A stretch of 64,000 nucleotides of DNA from Ascoidea asiatica JCM 7603 (taxonomy: Eukaryota; Fungi; Ascomycota), in contig BCKQ01000006.1 of the NCBI GenBank assembly GCA_001600695.1, forward strand, positions 198,315 through 262,314, in the 5' to 3' direction. The position numbers and the translations under genes are program-made. The notes below the pieces were generated by a model that saw only the letters and a program-made list of their open reading frames with translations, was not told the DNA's origin and ran no database searches. Positions 58,667 through 64,000 of this stretch are shown here, piece by piece (the stretch's first letter is position 1; every line of letters starts with the position of its first letter).

Positions 58667-59623
58667 TTAAATGTAACCAATTTTGTTTGCAACATCTAAA
58701 GCATCAAAATCAGCAGTTAATCTAACATAAGCTTTTTTAGTACCATTTGGTCTAATTAAAGTATTAACTTTTAAAGTATCAACTTCATATAAATCTTTAA
58801 TAGCTTTTTTAATTTGATGTTTATTTGATTTAATATCAACTTGAAATACTAAAGTATTTGAATCTTCAATTTTTTTCATTGCAGTTTCAGAAACAATTGG
58901 AGCAATTATAACTTTATAAGAATCAAGTCTATTATAATGTGGTACAGAGATTCTAGCATATTTTGGATTTCTTTGTAATTTTAAAGTTTTTGGTAAATTA
59001 AAAGTTGTTGAAGTTCTAACTTTAGTTGCAATTTTTGAATTTAAACCTTTTGCAACTGCTTTTTTAGCAGATTGAGCTTTAGAAATTTTAGCTATTATTG
59101 AACAAAAAAAAGAAAAAGAAGTTAGTTAAAGTTACATTTTTGAATATATTTTACTATTGGAAAATGAATAATAAAGGTAATAACTAATAAGCCTACAATT
59201 TTAAAGAATATTTCATTTGAATATTATTTTACTTTTAGAAATTCAATAAGTACTAATAAATAAATTATAAGTAAATTATGAATAAATTTCAACTAAAATC
59301 AATATCAAAAGTGATTTACCAAGAAAAGAGATAAAGCACTATATAAGAACTTAATCACAGAGATATCTTAATAAAGGATATAAATCATTTCTAAAGAAGA
59401 AAACCTACAATAAATGACATTTTCATATGCCTAGATAATCTTCTTTTAAATACCCTATTTAAATCTTCTTTTAGGTTAAAATTGATATTGATATTGATAT
59501 TGATAATAAAGTAATAAAATAATAAAATATTCTTAATCATAAGGACTTAATTAGTTATACCATTTTCATTTCATTTTTCATTCAAATTATATTCATGATT
59601 GAACACATACTTGCTGGAGCCAT
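58667..59623 (-). CDS. RPL25: 60S ribosomal protein uL23; exons 59623-59611 and 59091-58667 (519-nt intron)
   Basis: ATGGCTCCAGCAA|GTATGT, TAACTAAC at 59128-59121, TAG at 59092; product [17 protein letters not shown]...[18 protein letters not shown]...KIGYI, 145 aa. Confidence 0.96.
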
Positions 59624-59757
59624 TACTGATTAATTTTGATGAATATTTTACCTTTATTAGATCTTGATTACTCTAGAAATTAAAATATTTTTTTAAATTA
59701 ATAAATCAATTTAATAATTTTAAATTTCTTCAATACAAAAATTGACTTTTGGCAATA

Positions 59758-59948
59758 TGAAAAATTTAAAACTGGAATTTGAGATCCGGAAAATAAAAGT
59801 CCGCATCTGGATATTTTACACGGAAAATAAAACCAATTTTGTTTACAAGTTACCCGGTTTAAAAAGTTTATTGGTCAGGTGAGCAGAAATAAGTGTGGGT
59901 TTATTGATCACGTCTTTATGATAAGGGCTTTTATATTGCTTTAGGGCT
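59758..59948. promoter_or_regulatory. RPL25 promoter elements
   Basis: RRPE TGAAAAATTT at 59758, CGGAAAATAAAA twice (59787, 59821), TTACCCGG (Reb1-like) at 59850, TAAGGGCT 59922 and TTAGGGCT 59941 (Tbf1-like). Confidence 0.55.
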
Positions 59949-60600
59949 CATAATACGGTTATCGGTTAACTGCCGGAATTCATATTTGATTTGAAATTTA
60001 ATCAGAAATTTCAATGAAGGTTATTTTAATAGTAAAAGCATGAAAAGATTGATGATCGGAATAAAAAGATTTTGGGAATCGAATGGACACCAGGACTGAA
60101 AGCAGCATTCTCACTAGTTTCTCAGTAGTTTGATTGCATTTCAATCCAATGAAGTCATCCAGTTTGGCTCTCAATTGTTTCTCGGAGCTACAAACTCACT
60201 TTCAATCATTGACAACTACCTGAAAACAAAGAAGATAAATCCCAATCAAAACTGTGCCCGGGACTTTTTCAATTTCAATTTGCTTCTCTTTACTTTTAAG
60301 TGAAGTCTCTTCAAATTCTGCGTTTTTTCAATGATTTTTGTGTTTTTGCGTAAGTGAAAAGGTACTAAGTGCACGGAAATGTTTTTCCACTGTCAAATTA
60401 TGACCCGCGGATCATATTTATCCGTATATAATGTAAACAAACGCGAAAAGAAACAATGAAATCCATGAAAAACTCCAAAAACGCCAAAATTTAGATCAAA
60501 ACCCTTTTTTTTTGATTTCATGGGAATTGAAAAAGCCTCTTTAATTAATCAATTTGATTTCTAAATAATCAGTTAAAACGAGATAATTTAAAATAGTTTA

Positions 60601-62385
60601 ATGTCTTCAAATATTAATTCAAATAAACATAAATTAAGTAATTTTTTAAGAGGTCATAATGCTTCAATCACATCTCAAGAAATTTTTTATTTTCCATCAA
60701 TAAATTTAAAAAATAATCCATTATTACCATATTTAATTTCTGGTGATGAAATTGGTAAAATTATAATTTGGAATCTTTCAAATTTTAGACCAATTTCAAT
60801 ATTTTATTTAAATGCAAAGAAGAATAATAAGGAAAAAGATGGATCTAATTCAGTAATTTCTTTTAAACAATTAGGTATCTCAATTAATAAAAATATAATT
60901 ATAAATGAAAATTTATTTGGGTTCTTCACTATTCAATCAAGAAATAATAACTTAAATTTTTATAAAATCAATTTCAATCAATTCTTCAATTCAGTTAATT
61001 CTTTAAGTACTTTAAGTCTTTCAAGTAATAGAAATGTAACTTTAAATCCTCCAATTTTAATATATTCATATCCTTTAAATACTTTAAATTTTTGTAATAT
61101 TGATATTTTTAATAATCTTTTATCAACTATAAATTCATTAAATGACTCAAATTTTAATGTTCTAAAGATTTCAAAAAATTATAATGAAAACATTAAAGAT
61201 GATATCAAACTTGATATGATTCATGTTAATATAAATCCATTAATCTTAATTGAAAAAAATAATCTATTAAATAAATTTAAATTAGATCTTAAATCTAAAT
61301 TAACTTCATCAAATGCTTCAACCTCAACTTCAACTACAACTACAACTAATGATAAGAAAGATAAACTATCTTTAGGTATAATGATGAAAATATTATGGAT
61401 ATCAAATGAAATCTTATACATTGGTTATGAAAGTGGTCATATTATATCATATTATATCCCAAATAATAATCCATTATCCAACTTTAATGAAAATGAATCA
61501 ATAGATAATTTCAATCAATTAATTAAAGATTTAAATATTCCAATTGATGATTTAAAAGAAAATTATTTTAATAAGAATACTGAATTTGATCTATTAAAAA
61601 AAATTAATTTTAATAATAAAAATTCAACTTTAATTTCAAATATTCAAATTATTTCAATAAATTCATTACATTATCCAAATCCAATATTAGAATTAAAATT
61701 AGATTCTAAAAATAATTTAATTTATTCATCTTCTGCAAGTTCTAAATTTATCATTCATGATATTCCTTCAATTAAAAATTCTGATAACTTAAATAACTTA
61801 ATTATAAACTCAGATACTAATAATATTTTATCTTTCAAATTAAAAGGTATTTCCTCAATCTTTGTAACAAATGATAATGAGATTGTCATAACTACTTGGG
61901 AAGGTATCATAAGAATATTTAAACTTACTAATACTAATGAAACTGAAACTGAAACTAAAATCAAATATGATTTAATTGAAATTGGTAAAATTTCAAAAGA
62001 TAAACCAAGAATTATTAAAGAATTCACTTCTAATCCACATGATAAAGATATTTTAAAAAATCAAAAATCTTTAAAAAGAGTTAAATCGGATATTGTTAGA
62101 ATGACTTTTATTTTCAATAATATTCTAGAATTTAATAATAATAGTAATTATATCACAACTATAAAGTCGTTCATTGATCAACAGAAAAAGTCCATTGAAT
62201 CTATTAAACCCATTGACTCTAGCGACTCTAATGATTCTAATGAAATCAAGGATATCGAGATAGTTAATAAAAGCAATTTAAATAAATCTTTGATATTAAT
62301 TAATTCAAAGAAAGAAAATCAATTAATAAAAGAAAAATTAATAATCATTGGTTTTGATGATGGTCGTATTGGAATTTATAAATAA
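60601..62385 (+). CDS. ASA1: ASTRA-associated WD40 protein
   Basis: LRGHNASIT, LISGDExGxIIIW, NTLNFC, GIMMKI, IGYESGH, GFDDGRIGIY. Confidence 0.82.
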   Translation: MSSNINSNKHKLSNFLRGHNASITSQEIFYFPSINLKNNPLLPYLISGDEIGKIIIWNLSNFRPISIFYLNAKKNNKEKDGSNSVISFKQLGISINKNIIINENLFGFFTIQSRNNNLNFYKINFNQFFNSVNSLSTLSLSSNRNVTLNPPILIYSYPLNTLNFCNIDIFNNLLSTINSLNDSNFNVLKISKNYNENIKDDIKLDMIHVNINPLILIEKNNLLNKFKLDLKSKLTSSNASTSTSTTTTTNDKKDKLSLGIMMKILWISNEILYIGYESGHIISYYIPNNNPLSNFNENESIDNFNQLIKDLNIPIDDLKENYFNKNTEFDLLKKINFNNKNSTLISNIQIISINSLHYPNPILELKLDSKNNLIYSSSASSKFIIHDIPSIKNSDNLNNLIINSDTNNILSFKLKGISSIFVTNDNEIVITTWEGIIRIFKLTNTNETETETKIKYDLIEIGKISKDKPRIIKEFTSNPHDKDILKNQKSLKRVKSDIVRMTFIFNNILEFNNNSNYITTIKSFIDQQKKSIESIKPIDSSDSNDSNEIKDIEIVNKSNLNKSLILINSKKENQLIKEKLIIIGFDDGRIGIYK

Positions 62386-62515
62386 TTTATAACTACAATC
62401 TAAAGATATTGAACTTTAAAAGTGCAAAGTAAATGAGAAATAAAAAGATTATATAAATGAGAAGAAAAAAGATAAAAATAACTATAATGATTATAATATT
62501 ATAATAAAGAATAAA

Positions 62516-64000
62516 TTAAAATAAAATTCCAACAATTTTATTATACCATTTAGGTGGATGTTCTTTTAAACGTAATTGTTCTTTTTCATAAAATTCTTTT
62601 TCATGTTCTTCAATTTCTTCTAAACCTGAAATTAAATCAACTTCAATAGGTTTTCTCATTTTTGGTCTTTTAATAATTTTATAACCTAAAAATAAAGCAA
62701 TATCAATAAAAACCATAATATATGAAAATAAAAAATCTTTTACAGTCCACCAACCTGGTAAAAATACTGTATAACCACTAATCCAAATCATTACAAAAGC
62801 AGAAATTAAACCAATATATGATAAATATGGTTGAAACCAACCTTTGAAAGTGAATGAATTTCTATCAATACCTTGAGCCTTAACAGCTTTTAAGAAAAAA
62901 ATATATGTTATACAAATAACACAAAAATTAATTAATTGAGAAGCAGTAACTAAATTTACAATCCAATCTAAAACTGTTGAAGAATTTTCACCTAATTGTA
63001 AAAATGAAAGTAAAGCCCAACAAAGTGAAACTAAAACACAAAATATTGGTATACCAGTTTTTGTACATATAGTTAAAAATTTTGGAGCTTTACCATCTAA
63101 AGCCATACCATATAAAGAACGTGAAGAACAATAAGTATATGAATTACCTGCAGAAAATGAAGAAACTATTAAACCAACATTAACAATATGAGGTAAAACA
63201 CCAATATTCATATTTTTCATTGCAATAACATAAGGAGAAGAACCTGCACCAGCTGCAGAACCATTAATTGCAAGAATTAAATTTGCATCTCTTGAAGAAA
63301 CTACAGTTGCAGAACAAAAAGCACTTGCAATAAAAATAAAAGTTAATCTATAAAAGACTTTTTTATAAACTTTTGGTAAAACAATTCTTGGATTTTTTGT
63401 TTCACCAGCAGCCATTGAAACATATTCTGGACCTGCAACTGTAAAACAAGCTTTTGTCATACAAGCAATAAAACCCATAAATCTACCTAAATCACCAGTT
63501 TTATAATATTCATTCATTACACTTGGTTTATTCCAATAACTAAAACCATAAGCATGATGTTGTGGATTACCACCACACATTGTAATAAATGTGAAAAAAA
63601 CTAAAATAGCCATTAATAAAACTTTACCAATTGCAAACCAAAATTCAGCTTCACCATAAGCTTTAATTGCAAATACATTAATTATAAAATATAAAACAAC
63701 TTGTAAAACTAAAGGAATTGCAGCAGAATAATCATCTCTCCAATAATGTATAATACTATTAACAGCAGTAATTTCAAAAGGTATTAAAGAACCTTCAAGA
63801 AACCAAAAATTCCAACCTGCCATAAATTCAAAAGCTTCATCAACACATCTACCAGATAATCTAATAAATGGAGAAGAAATTGGTAAATAACAAACCATTT
63901 CTGCAGCAGACATTGTGATAAATAATATTGGCACACACCAAATTACAAAAGCTAATAATAAATTTAAACTTCCAGCATTATAAAGTGGTTTTTGAAATAA
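62516..64000 (-). CDS. AGP2: Amino-acid/polyamine permease (YAT family), Agp2-like; 5' end lies beyond the window
   Basis: Frame open to the window edge; LLLAFVIWCVPIL, AEMVCYLPISSPFIRL, GPEYVSMAAGE, FSAGNSYTYCSSRSLYG. Confidence 0.85.
   Translation of the reverse strand, partial: LFQKPLYNAGSLNLLLAFVIWCVPILFITMSAAEMVCYLPISSPFIRLSGRCVDEAFEFMAGWNFWFLEGSLIPFEITAVNSIIHYWRDDYSAAIPLVLQVVLYFIINVFAIKAYGEAEFWFAIGKVLLMAILVFFTFITMCGGNPQHHAYGFSYWNKPSVMNEYYKTGDLGRFMGFIACMTKACFTVAGPEYVSMAAGETKNPRIVLPKVYKKVFYRLTFIFIASAFCSATVVSSRDANLILAINGSAAGAGSSPYVIAMKNMNIGVLPHIVNVGLIVSSFSAGNSYTYCSSRSLYGMALDGKAPKFLTICTKTGIPIFCVLVSLCWALLSFLQLGENSSTVLDWIVNLVTASQLINFCVICITYIFFLKAVKAQGIDRNSFTFKGWFQPYLSYIGLISAFVMIWISGYTVFLPGWWTVKDFLFSYIMVFIDIALFLGYKIIKRPKMRKPIEVDLISGLEEIEEHEKEFYEKEQLRLKEHPPKWYNKIVGILF

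Noticed and set aside
60255-60272. GAAAAAGTCCCGGG on the minus strand resembling RNase MRP/P CR-I
   Set aside because: No downstream complementary CR-V segment on the same strand
1-64000. CRISPR arrays, rRNA, intact transposons or LTR pairs
   Set aside because: Eukaryotic locus; no spacer-separated repeats, rRNA sequence, or RT/integrase/transposase motifs seen

Overview
This is very AT-rich eukaryotic DNA from a budding yeast (Saccharomycotina). Extreme AT bias, Asn/Ile/Lys-rich proteins and few spliceosomal introns suggest an Ascoidea-like species, but that is inference. The window holds about 27 protein genes: GCD6, a PWWP protein, two tandem MCH1-like MFS transporters, an LRR (possibly F-box) protein, HSP31, a divergent Ypk-like kinase, BXI1, AIM6, an Ahc2/ZZZ3-like protein, EFM5 (spliced), a Far3-like coiled-coil, ADE1, DST1, CYR1, a Cys-rich GPI-type protein, EAR1, NPL3, SMF2, IWR1, ELF1, TOM22, CDH1, RPL25 (spliced), ASA1 and a truncated AGP2-like permease. 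There are also two tRNAs: Trp-CCA with an intron and Leu-UAA. Observations not captured by the ORF track are: (1) a box C/D snoRNA inside an intron of an apparently non-coding host gene between CDH1 and RPL25, with a 13-14 nt match to LSU rRNA at a site I do not know as methylated in S. cerevisiae; (2) a 45-aa stand-alone RanBP2-type zinc-finger microprotein; (3) a Ypk paralog whose activation-loop Thr is replaced by Glu; (4) all three inferred introns use the same non-canonical TAACTAAC branch point; (5) rare CTG codons at Leu-like positions. Gene names come from recognising motifs by eye; no searches were run.
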